From positions 1 through 43,923 of the IMG/VR virus record IMGVR_UViG_3300025621_001497: 43,923 bases of DNA; one strand, written 5' to 3'. The DNA comes from a virus. Taxonomy: Duplodnaviria; Caudoviricetes. Within the stretch, counting starts at the first letter, position 1. Each line of letters opens with the position of its first letter. Positions 8,307 to 18,770 of the stretch are shown in pieces. The notes under the pieces are model-generated. The model was given only the letters and a program-made list of their open reading frames with translations, was not told the origin of the DNA and did no database searches. A program made the position numbers and the translations under genes.

Positions 8307-9100
8307 CAGATTATCTCGACGGTTACCGGCCCATGGGCCAACGGTTGGTAATAACGCACAGCGACCGCGCGGGCCGTACCGAGCAAACGCGGGACGTTGT
8401 CACCCTCCGCTGCCCACCACTCTGGCTCACTGGCTGGCAGGGTGCCGGCCTCGGTGATGCGGTAGAGCCAGCCGGTGTACTCGCTAGGGCGAATGGTCTG
8501 CCCAACAGTTACCGCCAGCGAGCCGGTAAACGCCGTACCCCAATCATCAACCCCAATGGCATACACACTACCGTCGGTTACCCGTATATCCAGAGCGGCA
8601 TCACCACCCACCGCTAACCCATGACCCGCCAACCGCCACTGGCCATCGCTTGGCTTTTCAACGAATACCACCTCACGGGCAGCCAATAGACCATCGACAC
8701 GTACGCGGGCCTGCACAACTGCCGGCGTGCCTGCATCACCGCCGCCGTCGCCGCTGCTTAAATTGAACGTGTAAGTGCCCGACGCAGCCAGATTAAGGTA
8801 CGCAGAGCGCACCACACGCGGCGACGCATCATCCAATCCGAGCCCCAACCAATCACCCTGAGCCAGCAACGTGGCGAGGTCGAGACGGTAATACTGGGAG
8901 AAACCGTCAGAGCCAACCTCCGCCCAAAACACCGCTGCAACGTTGGTCATGTCATCTCTATTGGCATAAAGACGCAGCTCTTTGGCAGAGGCAGTAGCTT
9001 CACCATCACGTAGCAAGCGGAACCGTATGGCCACCGTTGGCGGCGCTATAAATGAGGGTATGCCTACCCGGTAGGCAATCGTGGCGGCAGTCATCACCAA
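8306..9100 (-). CDS. Tail-associated structural protein
   Basis: Overlapping start/stop with both neighbours; position in tail operon. Confidence 0.65.
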   Translation of the reverse strand: MVMTAATIAYRVGIPSFIAPPTVAIRFRLLRDGEATASAKELRLYANRDDMTNVAAVFWAEVGSDGFSQYYRLDLATLLAQGDWLGLGLDDASPRVVRSAYLNLAASGTYTFNLSSGDGGGDAGTPAVVQARVRVDGLLAAREVVFVEKPSDGQWRLAGHGLAVGGDAALDIRVTDGSVYAIGVDDWGTAFTGSLAVTVGQTIRPSEYTGWLYRITEAGTLPASEPEWWAAEGDNVPRLLGTARAVAVRYYQPLAHGPVTVEII

Positions 9101-10062
9101 AACGCCGGGTTGTCAGTAAGTAGGAATGGCGCGCAGTTCAGGTGCCCGCCCCTCACGAAGTAGGTATGCCCATCCCCCAGGTCAATCGGCGTCGCTGAAT
9201 CACGGTAAGACATGACGGTTGGGAAGCCCAGACACTGCGCCATTTCGCTAGCACCGCGCGCATCGTTGAGGCACGGCGTCAGGGCAATGCCCCGCAACCG
9301 GCCCGCCAAAACACCACCCCCAAACCACGGCTGCCGCACAAGGTCTGCTGAATCAAACGCACCGACTGGAGAGTTGCGAATCGTCGTCATAAGAAGCCCT
9401 GGAGTCATCACCGCCAACGAGCCAAGGCCGACCAGGAGACCCGTCGCTGGGTTCTTTAGGCTTGTAAAACCTAAAGAACCCTCAAACTCCAGCTGGTAAA
9501 AGGCACCGTTCGCGCTGGTATTGCTGTTACCGCCAACCGCGATAAATCCCCCAGCCGTATCCTCCCCGACATAAAGCAGCTGACCATTACCCCCAGTTAC
9601 CGCGCTGGCCGATGACGCGGACGGCCCTGACAGGTTGTTAATGACAAACGTCTTACTGTCTGCGACCAGCTTCCAGGCCGTAGCCGCATCCGAATAAGCC
9701 ACATAAGAAGCACCAACTGCCTGCGGGGTGGCGTTATTCGCTGCAGTGCCGGTTTTCAGGCCAGCACCCGTCATTACATCGCCACTCATCCCGGTAAACG
9801 TCTCGGCCAACCACACCCGGACTGCTCCACCAGTAACCCAGCTACGGCACACATACCCGGAGTGGGTTCCATTACGCAGCACAATGTAATTGGTGCCTTC
9901 GGCAATCAGCGCCCAGCCTGCTGCAGCCTGAGAGCCGTAGCCGGTAACCAGGCACGCTTTGAGGATAGTTTTCAGAGCGGTGAAGTGGGCGTTTGCGCCA
10001 GACGTTGTGTTGTAAACCAACGCCGGAGCCCCTGCCTGATCCCGATGATAAGCAATAGCCAT
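9094..10062 (-). CDS. Tail-associated protein, possible receptor-binding/fibre component
   Basis: N-terminal DQAGAPAL...LKTILKACLVTGYG..AAGW motif typical of phage tail proteins; Gly/Ala/Thr-rich. Confidence 0.65.
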   Translation of the reverse strand: MAIAYHRDQAGAPALVYNTTSGANAHFTALKTILKACLVTGYGSQAAAGWALIAEGTNYIVLRNGTHSGYVCRSWVTGGAVRVWLAETFTGMSGDVMTGAGLKTGTAANNATPQAVGASYVAYSDAATAWKLVADSKTFVINNLSGPSASSASAVTGGNGQLLYVGEDTAGGFIAVGGNSNTSANGAFYQLEFEGSLGFTSLKNPATGLLVGLGSLAVMTPGLLMTTIRNSPVGAFDSADLVRQPWFGGGVLAGRLRGIALTPCLNDARGASEMAQCLGFPTVMSYRDSATPIDLGDGHTYFVRGGHLNCAPFLLTDNPAFW

Positions 10063-13000
10063 CAGTCCGCATCCCCTCTGATATGCAACTTGAAGTTGTC
10101 GTTATCAACCGTGCCCTGCCCACTGATCACGGTGCGGATGCACCACATAGCGCCCAAGGCCGAGTCGGTGTTGAAGCGGACAGCGTTGGCGGCCGCCCAA
10201 CCGCTGCCCCAACCTTCCTTGCGAATGGTGAAGTACGGTTGGCCAGTGAGCGCGTTGATCGGCGAGCAATCGGCCGAGGTGTTGCCGGTGCTAATCACAC
10301 CCAACTTTTCCTCAACCACGTTGAAGACGGTCGCGGAGGTAAACACCAGCGCCCACTTGCCGTCGACGGCGCCCGCGTTGGTGATCACAGGCGGGTAGCT
10401 CAGGCTGTTGTATTGCGCGGTAGTGGTGTTGCCCACCGGAGCGTTCGTCCAGTTCGGTGCACCCTGGCTCCAGGTTTGCTGGGTGAACCAGGTGTGAATG
10501 CGCGCCTGCAAGTCACCCCACGCCACAGCACTGCTCACCTTGGTTTCACCTGCAGGCAGATCCCACGGCAACGGTGAACTGATGCCCAGCGCGCCGGTTA
10601 TCTGCACCTCGGTGCACATGGCCATGTGCTCCACGCGGTCACGGATGATCAGTGGCAGGCTCAGCGGGTTGCCTTCGGCATCCTGCATCACCAACGGGTT
10701 GGCCCAGGTCACGGTGCCCAACTCGCGATCAACATCGAAGGACTCAGCCCGCAGCACCACGCCGTTGCCGTCCACCACATCAATCTGCGCCTGCTGCTGA
10801 CGGTCCAGCGTTACCGTGCCACCAGGCGCAGGCGATGCGATGAAGGTTTCAGCCGTGTGATGGATCACCAGCACATTGCCGTCACGGTAAATCGGCACTC
10901 GCCCATCCGACGGCAACCGCACCGGGTCAAGGCCAAGCAGGCCAGCATCGAGCGGCAACCGGGTTTGCACCACGGCGTTGTAGCGCATCAGCAGCGGGAT
11001 CACCGGCACGTCGCTGGCTCCGGTGTCGTCATCTGGGTCTGTGGTAAATGCCAGCCGCGCAATACCCGTGGTAGTGTCGACCGAGCCCCGAATGATGCCT
11101 GTATTGAACTCACCATTAAGGTTCGCTGCAGCGGTTACAAGCTCGGCCGTGTCGGTGCGCACCACTGTCAGCTGCATGCTGCCCGCGCGCAACGGTGAGC
11201 CTGGCGTACGGAAGGTAGCGCCCGTCACGCTGAAGCCGGCCGCTGCAGTCAGACAGGCCAGCAGCGTGACTGCGCCTGTGGCATTGCCGCTATAACTGCT
11301 GAGCGTTGCGGTGCGGTCGGCATAGTTCACCGTGCCTACAGCGATACCGCCATTCGTGGCACTGGCCACGTCCCGGTAGAGCATCCCGGAGCGGTCGCAA
11401 TACAAGCCGCCGTTCCAGCTGAACAGCAGCGAGCCTGGCACGATTGGCTCGGCAATACCCGGCAGCAGCTCGACGGTGATCGCCGGCTGAGCCTGGCTGG
11501 CTGTCTGCGGATCAGTGCTCACGCTGTCAGCTTGGGATGCATGCGTGATGGTGCCGCCAAACGCCTCGCGCACCTCAACGGGCGTGGTTACCAAGGCCGG
11601 CGTTGTTACGGCCCCACCAAAGAAGCGCCGCGCTACCGTGGTGTAGGTGTACTCGGTGTAGCTGTACAGCTGCGCCACCTGCAACGTGACCTGGCCCGTG
11701 GTGTAGTTGATGGTGCCAGCACGGCCGCCCTGCCAACCACCGCTGCCGTTGTCGGCCGCAACATTGCTCACGTCAAGGTAGCCGTCATAAACCGGCAGCG
11801 CGTTGCCACTTTCGATCACCTGCCAATTGATGGCCGGTGCGGCCTGACGGAGCGTGGTGAGCCAGTTCACACGCACGCTACCCGGCTTAAGCGGCGCGCC
11901 CGGAATAGTAAAGGTGGCCATGCCACTACCATCGCTGGCCACGCTCTGCGCGCCACTGTCCACGCTGCCCTGCTGCCAGCTGTAGGTAATGCCGCCGGAG
12001 GGAGTAGCGGCGAGCAGCATGATGATCTCACCAGAGCTGTAGGCAATGGTGCCCGTGCCGCCAGTACCGGTCAGGTTGCCCTGGCCGTCATCGGTTATGG
12101 TGCGCGCCGTACCGGCGGTATAACTTGCCGAGAACGAGCCAGGCAGAACCCCACCGTCAGCCAGGGTGTAACGCACCTCCAGCTTGGGCACCACACTGCC
12201 TCCAGCACGCTGGGTAATGGCGTTATCTGCTGAGCTGACGTAGCTGTACACCAGTGAACCGCCTACATCCGGCAAGGCATTGAGGGTGACGGATACGCTA
12301 CCGGTGGCGAACGAGATAGTGCCAGCACCCTCCCCAGTCAGCAGGCCATCGCCAAGATCTCGAAGCTCGTACCACTTACCCAGCGCCATATAGCTTACGG
12401 ACAGGGTGCCAGCACGCGGCACTGCCCCAGCCAGGTTCAAGGTGTACACATAGCCACGATTGCCCAGGGTGATTTCCAGCTCACCGGTAATGGTGTCGCC
12501 GATAGCAGCTGCGCCTGGGCTGTAGTTGCCGGTGGCAGAGCCGGTCCAGCTTGTACCGGTGCGGATCAAGGTGACCTCACCGGTCTGGTAATCCACCCGG
12601 CCGGAGCTCAACCAGTTGCTGCCCGATACGAAGCGCAGGCCGCCCTTGCTGTCATCAGCAAAGGTGCCGCCATTGGCCACAAGGCTAAGGGTACCCGGCG
12701 CACAACCAGTGCCCAGGAAGGTACGCGACTCCCCCACCACAGCGCCTGCGGCCACAGTCAGGGTTACCGCGCGCGATGGCCCAGCCGGCACATAGAGTTG
12801 CCGCTGGTAACCGCCAAGCACGTCGACCAGAGCGCTCTCTTTGGTGGTGCTCGGCACCAACTGGCTGTACACAGACTGCACACGCAGGTTCAGCGCGCCT
12901 TGCGACACGGCCTCGGCCAGCGGGCTGATGCCATAGTAACGGGCAGCGTCCGCCACCTGGGTGGACAGCACGCGCGCCTTGGCGGCACCACTCAGCGAGG

Positions 13001-13640
13001 TGCCTGTAGTGCCAGCAGGGGTCACTTGGCCCCCGGGGTACTCATTGAGCAGCGGCGCACTGATCGTAAGATCGAGCCGGCGCCGGGTGAAGTTCACAAA
13101 GTTGGCATTGCCGTAATCGTAGGTGAACTGCTCCAGACGATCCGCCACACCCGTTAACCGCACGTACTGGGAGTTACTAGCGCTCACCAACTGGAACACA
13201 TCGCCGATCTCCGGCACGCGCTGCTCCTCACGCTGCACGCAAGCGATTGCGCGTTGGCCGGCCAACTGGGTGCCCAGCAAGTCGAATTGCGCGGTGGTAG
13301 CAGCAGCCACATAGCTTTCGATTGCGTTCTGCGCATCGCGACGTTCGTCCGTTTGGCTGTCGGTGTTGAACAGCAGCACGCTCACGCGAGGGTCAGCCGG
13401 GGCTTCTGTGACAATCGCATGGGCGCCCAGGTAAGCATCCGCGTTGAGAGTCATAGGGCCGCCATACAGCTTGCGCAGGTTGATGCGGCCAGTGGTGCGG
13501 TCGAGCCGGCTGATATCGGGGAATACGTTGTTTACCTCACCATCGACCACGGCATTGCCGGTGGCACGGCCACCGCCATCGTCTTCATCGGTCAGGCGCT
13601 GGCTTTTGAGCAGCTTCACATCGGTGACGTTGATCGTCAT
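10062..13640 (-). CDS. Large tail tip/central fibre protein (~1190 aa)
   Basis: Starts MTINVTDVKLLKSQRL after GGAG SD; repeated G.(V/I).Y..G.(V/I).L beta motifs. Confidence 0.8.
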   Translation of the reverse strand: MTINVTDVKLLKSQRLTDEDDGGGRATGNAVVDGEVNNVFPDISRLDRTTGRINLRKLYGGPMTLNADAYLGAHAIVTEAPADPRVSVLLFNTDSQTDERRDAQNAIESYVAAATTAQFDLLGTQLAGQRAIACVQREEQRVPEIGDVFQLVSASNSQYVRLTGVADRLEQFTYDYGNANFVNFTRRRLDLTISAPLLNEYPGGQVTPAGTTGTSLSGAAKARVLSTQVADAARYYGISPLAEAVSQGALNLRVQSVYSQLVPSTTKESALVDVLGGYQRQLYVPAGPSRAVTLTVAAGAVVGESRTFLGTGCAPGTLSLVANGGTFADDSKGGLRFVSGSNWLSSGRVDYQTGEVTLIRTGTSWTGSATGNYSPGAAAIGDTITGELEITLGNRGYVYTLNLAGAVPRAGTLSVSYMALGKWYELRDLGDGLLTGEGAGTISFATGSVSVTLNALPDVGGSLVYSYVSSADNAITQRAGGSVVPKLEVRYTLADGGVLPGSFSASYTAGTARTITDDGQGNLTGTGGTGTIAYSSGEIIMLLAATPSGGITYSWQQGSVDSGAQSVASDGSGMATFTIPGAPLKPGSVRVNWLTTLRQAAPAINWQVIESGNALPVYDGYLDVSNVAADNGSGGWQGGRAGTINYTTGQVTLQVAQLYSYTEYTYTTVARRFFGGAVTTPALVTTPVEVREAFGGTITHASQADSVSTDPQTASQAQPAITVELLPGIAEPIVPGSLLFSWNGGLYCDRSGMLYRDVASATNGGIAVGTVNYADRTATLSSYSGNATGAVTLLACLTAAAGFSVTGATFRTPGSPLRAGSMQLTVVRTDTAELVTAAANLNGEFNTGIIRGSVDTTTGIARLAFTTDPDDDTGASDVPVIPLLMRYNAVVQTRLPLDAGLLGLDPVRLPSDGRVPIYRDGNVLVIHHTAETFIASPAPGGTVTLDRQQQAQIDVVDGNGVVLRAESFDVDRELGTVTWANPLVMQDAEGNPLSLPLIIRDRVEHMAMCTEVQITGALGISSPLPWDLPAGETKVSSAVAWGDLQARIHTWFTQQTWSQGAPNWTNAPVGNTTTAQYNSLSYPPVITNAGAVDGKWALVFTSATVFNVVEEKLGVISTGNTSADCSPINALTGQPYFTIRKEGWGSGWAAANAVRFNTDSALGAMWCIRTVISGQGTVDNDNFKLHIRGDAD

Positions 13641-13656
13641 GCCAATCTCCGGGCAA

Positions 13657-13680
13657 CAAAAAGCCCGCACTGGGCGGGCT
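13657..13680 (-). terminator. Intrinsic terminator inside the tail operon
   Basis: AGCCCGC/GCGGGCT stem plus U-run on the - strand. Confidence 0.65.
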
Positions 13681-13688
13681 GTTTAGGG

Positions 13689-14117
13689 TCAAGGTTCAGG
13701 ATCGGGCGGCGGCGCCACGGTAATCAGCCGCAGGGTCAGCTCATGCAGCCAATCGGCGTCAGGGTTGACCTGGCGAAACAGGGGTTTGGCCTGCACGGCG
13801 GGACCGGCGGCGCGATTCCAGGTCACGTAATGCTGGTCACCGGTCGGCAAGGTGAGCAGCATCACGCCCAAGCGCACAGCGGCCTTGGCTTCCAGCTCGC
13901 GCACCTTGGCCAGGGTGAACCACGCCGCCCCGTTGCTGCTGAGCGTGATCGGACGGCCATACAGCTTGATGCCTTCCTGCACGATCAACGCACCGGTCAG
14001 GCTGCGATCCTGCTCCTGCTCGATGGCGTTCCATTCCCACTCATCCGTCCATTCGAGCTGCTCACCGCCTAGGTCGGGGTTATCCGCCAGGTCGATGCTG
14101 TCCAGGGTTAATGCCAT
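13689..14117 (-). CDS. Distal tail protein-like
   Basis: Directly after the tape measure (TAATG overlap); W.DE..W...EQ...SLTGALIVQ...GRPITL. Confidence 0.65.
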   Translation of the reverse strand: MALTLDSIDLADNPDLGGEQLEWTDEWEWNAIEQEQDRSLTGALIVQEGIKLYGRPITLSSNGAAWFTLAKVRELEAKAAVRLGVMLLTLPTGDQHYVTWNRAAGPAVQAKPLFRQVNPDADWLHELTLRLITVAPPPDPEP

Positions 14118-17100
14118 TACACGGCCCTCAACCCAGCATCCTCAAGAATGCTGAGCAGGTTGGTTTCATCACTAGCACTATTGACGGCTATGTCTACCGC
14201 TTTGCCCCTGGATGTTTCCAGGCGAATAACCTTGGCGGGCGCGGCCTGTTGTGCAACGGGCGCGGGGTTGGCCTTCTGCTGATCATCAATGCGCTTTTGT
14301 TGCTCAGCACGCTGCCGCTGCTGGGTAGTCTCGGCCTCGATCTGCCGCAGCATACCCAGCGCGCGGGAGGCATTAGCCACCGCCTGCGAATCACCGCCGG
14401 CCTGGGCCTCTGCCAACTGCGCTTGCAACTCCCGCTGCCGGGCCGCAAAGCGCCGCCGCTCAATATCTTCGGTGCGACCCTGTAGACCATCAAGCTCATC
14501 CATCAAGCCTTCCAGCGTGCCGCGCGTGGATTGGTTCATCTGGTCCATGCGCTGCTGCGCCGCACTGATGGCCGACTCCAGGCCGCTCAAATCGGACTTA
14601 TCCAAAAGCCCAAGCGCCGACTGAGCACCGCGCGCTGCTGATATAAAGTTCCGGGCTGACATTCCCCCACGGGCATACTCGGCCAACAGCGCCTGAAGGC
14701 TCGCCTTCTGCCCCAGAAAAGCCTGCTGCGTTTCCAGGCTCGCCCGCTGGGTTTCTAATGCCCACTTGCCCAGGCCACTCATCATTGGCCTTGAGGCTGC
14801 AGCCTGAACATCACCCAGCGCTTTCGTTACTCGCTCAAGTGAAGCCTCTGTAGAACCCAGGTCACTGGTGTCGATTGAGACATCAACCGAGGAAATCCCA
14901 CGGAGCTTATCGAAGGCATCCAGGGCGGCCTTGCTCATGGAAGCCAGTGACTCACGCGCACCACTAATAACGCCGGAAAAGAAACCTTCCAGCGCACCCA
15001 TATCGCGCTTTGCTTCAGAACTACCCTTGCGCCGATCCTGCATCGCCTGGTCGCCAGCCTTGCGCTCGGCTTCCATGCGCTTGCCGCTTTCACGGCGCAA
15101 CTGCTCGCTGGTGACAATGGCCTGCTTGTCGACGGCGTTCTTTTGAGCCTGAGCCTTGCTGCCTTGCTCGACAGCGCCCTTGAGTTCCTTTTGGCGCTCG
15201 CTGGCTTTCTCCAGTTCCGCGTTGTACTGGGCAGCAGATATCTGGCCGTCGTTGTACAGCTTCTTCAGTGCGGCACGGATGGCGTTGATATCTACATCTG
15301 TTTTGGCATTGCTAATTGCAGCCTGCACCTGAGCAAGGTCGCCGAGCTTTTCCTCAAGGTCAGATACACCATTCGCTGCGCCCTTGGCGGTTCCACCTAT
15401 TTCAGACAGCTTGCTATTGAGCAGGCTGGTGGCTTGGGCGTATTCCTCTTGGCTTAGCTGGCCTTCTTGAAACGCCGTGAGTAGTGCACCGCGCAGGCCT
15501 TCCAGTTGCTGCACGGATCTAGCGGTGTCGATCAGATTGATCGCGTAACCGATATTGGTAATTGCTGCAACGCCGCTAGCTGCTGCGGCCAGCGCTGCAT
15601 CCTTGACCTTGCCCTGGTTTGCGATCAACTGATCAGCATGCGCCTGGTCCAGCATGCGCTGCTGCTTCAACGCACTTTTAACTGCAGCCGTCTGTTCCCC
15701 GGCAGCAGTTTTGGCGGCATCAGCAGCATCGGCACCAATGCCGAAGAACACCAACTTAAGGTCTTCGGCATCGGTTTTGACACCGGCGACCGAGTCTTTC
15801 AGAGACGCCTTAACCGTGGCACTCATATCCGCCACGGCTGCTTTCAGCTTAGTACCGCCAATTGACTCAGGCAGCACGTTCGCAATCAGCCCGGCCACTT
15901 CCAAAATACCAAGCTTCACAGTCGCGAACAGGGTATCAGCACTGGAGCCGGCAATGGTCAGCGCGTTCCAGAATCCCCGGGTGGTTGCAGTGAACGCGTC
16001 AAAGCGAGCTAGAGCAGTATCAACCCCAGTGCCGAATCCGTTGAGCCACTTGGTGCTGTCATCGATCAATGTCTTGAAGTCGACTTTCAGCAGCTTCTGG
16101 GCAAACTCCTCGGCCTTGCTGGCTCCGTCTACAAATGCCTTGCTCAGCGAGGCCGCCAACGCATCAAGTCGACCATCTTTATCCATCTGATCGATGGTGT
16201 CTGCCAGGGCCATTAGGCGGCCCTTTACATAGTCCAGCGCACCGCTATCCGCTATCCGATCAAGAAAACCAGACCACGTATCACTGAGGTTGCTGGCCAG
16301 ACCGGTCAGCGTTCCCATGCTAGACGCCGCCGCACCCTGGGCGCTTTTGCCAATTTCAGCAATCAGCGCCTTGATCACGTCACGCCCAAGCTTTCCCTTC
16401 GAGGCCAGCTCCGCCAGCTGCGCCGCGTTCTTACCGGTGACCTTCTCCAGCATTGACCAAGCAGGGACGCCACGCTCAACCAGCTGCAGGATCTCTTCGG
16501 TCTGCAACTTCTGCTTCCCGTAGGCCTGACCAAGCGCCGAAGCGATACCGGTTAACCGTTCGAGGCCACCACCTAGCTCCTCGTTTTTATCCACAACGGC
16601 TTGCAGCGTTCCGTCCATCGGGTCGAGCCCGTAGGTCTTCAGCAGCGCAAACGCCTCAGTGACTTCCGCCACTTCTAGCGGGGTGTCTTTGGCGAACTTT
16701 TTAATCCAGGCCGTGGCACGCTCACCGCCCGCAACCGACCCCATCAAGGAAGCCAGGCGTTTATCTAGCAGCTCAAACTGGTCACCGGTTTGCAGCATCG
16801 AGTAGATGCCGTCACGCACCAGGTTTAAGCCCTTCTGCACCAAGCCGAACGCTGCGTTGAGTGAGATGTACGCAGCGGCAAAGGCCAGCACCTGCTTTGC
16901 ACCACTGGTCATTGTCCCGCGCGCAGCATCAATACGGGATGCGTGTTCTGCCGCGCCGCGTGCCGCGGCCGCCTGATCACGCTGGAGCACCTTGAGCTGC
17001 TGGCAATTTGAGTCAAGCGCAACCCTGGCCCTGTCGACCTCGGCCGCCAGGCGCTTTTCTTCACCGGCAAGGTTGTTGGTATCGATGCCCGCAGCCTGGG

Positions 17101-17473
17101 CTGCCTTTTCTTGGTCAGCCAGGCTTTTGCGCAGGCCATCGAGCCCACGCTGCATCCGCCGGGCTTCGCGCTCGGCATCCTTCAACGACTGTTCCAAGCC
17201 TGCAGAGCCAGGCGTTTTGGTCAGTGCATCGCGCAAGTCCTTAACTTGCAGGTCAGCCTGAACCAGACCGCGCTCGGCACGCTCAGCAGCGCGCTGGGTG
17301 GTTTCCAAACCACGGGCCAGGCCGCGGGCATCCTTGGCAGAGTCGAGCACTTTGCCTAGTCCCTCAGCTTCAGCACTGACCGCTGCCAGCGCTTCAGCGC
17401 TCTTCTTGGCCTCTGGCGAAAGCTCATCTTTGCCACGCAGCACGAACTGAATCAGGCGGTCTTTAATGCTCAC
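14117..17473 (-). CDS. Tail tape measure protein
   Basis: ~1118 aa Ala-rich helical protein with tape-measure domain (FAKDTPLE...ALGQ..KQKLQTEEILQLVERGVP); GTG start after GGAG. Confidence 0.92.
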   Translation of the reverse strand: MSIKDRLIQFVLRGKDELSPEAKKSAEALAAVSAEAEGLGKVLDSAKDARGLARGLETTQRAAERAERGLVQADLQVKDLRDALTKTPGSAGLEQSLKDAEREARRMQRGLDGLRKSLADQEKAAQAAGIDTNNLAGEEKRLAAEVDRARVALDSNCQQLKVLQRDQAAAARGAAEHASRIDAARGTMTSGAKQVLAFAAAYISLNAAFGLVQKGLNLVRDGIYSMLQTGDQFELLDKRLASLMGSVAGGERATAWIKKFAKDTPLEVAEVTEAFALLKTYGLDPMDGTLQAVVDKNEELGGGLERLTGIASALGQAYGKQKLQTEEILQLVERGVPAWSMLEKVTGKNAAQLAELASKGKLGRDVIKALIAEIGKSAQGAAASSMGTLTGLASNLSDTWSGFLDRIADSGALDYVKGRLMALADTIDQMDKDGRLDALAASLSKAFVDGASKAEEFAQKLLKVDFKTLIDDSTKWLNGFGTGVDTALARFDAFTATTRGFWNALTIAGSSADTLFATVKLGILEVAGLIANVLPESIGGTKLKAAVADMSATVKASLKDSVAGVKTDAEDLKLVFFGIGADAADAAKTAAGEQTAAVKSALKQQRMLDQAHADQLIANQGKVKDAALAAAASGVAAITNIGYAINLIDTARSVQQLEGLRGALLTAFQEGQLSQEEYAQATSLLNSKLSEIGGTAKGAANGVSDLEEKLGDLAQVQAAISNAKTDVDINAIRAALKKLYNDGQISAAQYNAELEKASERQKELKGAVEQGSKAQAQKNAVDKQAIVTSEQLRRESGKRMEAERKAGDQAMQDRRKGSSEAKRDMGALEGFFSGVISGARESLASMSKAALDAFDKLRGISSVDVSIDTSDLGSTEASLERVTKALGDVQAAASRPMMSGLGKWALETQRASLETQQAFLGQKASLQALLAEYARGGMSARNFISAARGAQSALGLLDKSDLSGLESAISAAQQRMDQMNQSTRGTLEGLMDELDGLQGRTEDIERRRFAARQRELQAQLAEAQAGGDSQAVANASRALGMLRQIEAETTQQRQRAEQQKRIDDQQKANPAPVAQQAAPAKVIRLETSRGKAVDIAVNSASDETNLLSILEDAGLRAV

Positions 17474-17490
17474 GCTGTTTTCTCCGGGCA

Positions 17491-17514
17491 ATAAAAAACC
17501 CGCCGGTGCGGGTT
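17491..17514 (-). terminator. Intrinsic terminator upstream of the tape measure gene
   Basis: AACCCGC/GCGGGTT stem plus U-run on the - strand. Confidence 0.65.
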
Positions 17515-17632
17515 AAGGGAAAAATTTACAAAAGCCAGAGTTCAACTACATTTTCAACCTAGGCCATTAAAACGACATCATTAACTGATCACATCTATTA
17601 CCGTCATCAAAACACACAAAGGAAAGGAAGCC

Positions 17633-18628
17633 ATGATCTATTCACGCATGCTAAGAATACTTTTTCTTATCCCTGTCCTTATCACAACTGGATGCGCGCC
17701 GATCAAAAACATGATTCCGAGCAATTGGGGAAAAGAGGAAGGTGAAGTGTGGTGCAGCAATCGTTACTTAGATATGAATGAGTATTATCAACACCCTGAA
17801 ACATCAGGTGCTGCCTTCAGAAAAAGACTGGCCCTTTCTGAAAAAGGCTACCTGTACTCACTGGCCGCAGCGTACACACTGCAAAGTCCTAAAAGCGACA
17901 AGTACAACTTCCGACTTCCTAGTTACATGACAAAAATCGACTCATTGTCACGGAACGATAAGTCCGGCTTTCAGGCAGAGACTTTTATTATTATTAACCC
18001 GAGCACCGGCAACAAAAATGTTGTCGTAGCATTTCGCGGAACCGATCAATTCAAAGATTGGTACAAACATAACGCTTGGCTCTGGCCCAATCAATTCGAG
18101 CCAGCACGAAACTATATAAAAGATGTAGTTGCTCACCCTGAATCCAATGGTCTTGATTTAATCGTCTCTGGCTACTCTCTTGGAGGAGGTTTGGCAGTGC
18201 ATGTTGCACAACACCCAGACACTAGAGGATATGTCATTGAAGCTTGGGCTCTAAACCCAAGTCCTAGAACAGGTGTTCCAAGAGAAGAGGACAAGCGTAT
18301 CTATATGCTAACTGCTGAGGATGAAGTCCTAAACATATTGCGTCGCGCATCCATTGGCGCGCCAATTAACCAGAATGCAGAGGACTTTGATCTTTTATCT
18401 TCAAGCTCTTGGTATGCACACTCCCGCTGGGTGCTCACCAGACAAATAATGATATACGCGGATCTATCTTTGTATATCAAGTCTGGGAGAACTGCAGAAA
18501 GCACCCCTCCCCTTGATATTTTAAAATCCAAGAAATTCGTAGGCTGCAGGGCGGAGGATGAGGCAAGAACGGAAGCACGACGCAAGAAATATCGCTTCGT
18601 ACCTCGGTCTGTAGATACTACGATCTGA
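17633..18628 (+). CDS. Lipase class 3-like alpha/beta hydrolase lipoprotein, moron
   Basis: Lipobox-like ITTGC, SGFQA, VVVAFRGTD, GYSLGGGLA nucleophile elbow; AT-rich; AAGGA SD. Confidence 0.8.
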   Translation: MIYSRMLRILFLIPVLITTGCAPIKNMIPSNWGKEEGEVWCSNRYLDMNEYYQHPETSGAAFRKRLALSEKGYLYSLAAAYTLQSPKSDKYNFRLPSYMTKIDSLSRNDKSGFQAETFIIINPSTGNKNVVVAFRGTDQFKDWYKHNAWLWPNQFEPARNYIKDVVAHPESNGLDLIVSGYSLGGGLAVHVAQHPDTRGYVIEAWALNPSPRTGVPREEDKRIYMLTAEDEVLNILRRASIGAPINQNAEDFDLLSSSSWYAHSRWVLTRQIMIYADLSLYIKSGRTAESTPPLDILKSKKFVGCRAEDEARTEARRKKYRFVPRSVDTTI

Positions 18629-18770
18629 CACCATCCTCAAATCAGCTTGCTCTTCCAAGGCTGCACCTAGAACTGAACAGCTCAGTTCTAAGTGCAGAAC
18701 TTGTTCTACCTTCAAGCCCCGCATGTGCGGGGTCGTTTTACTTACAGATCACTCCACATCTGAGGAATGA

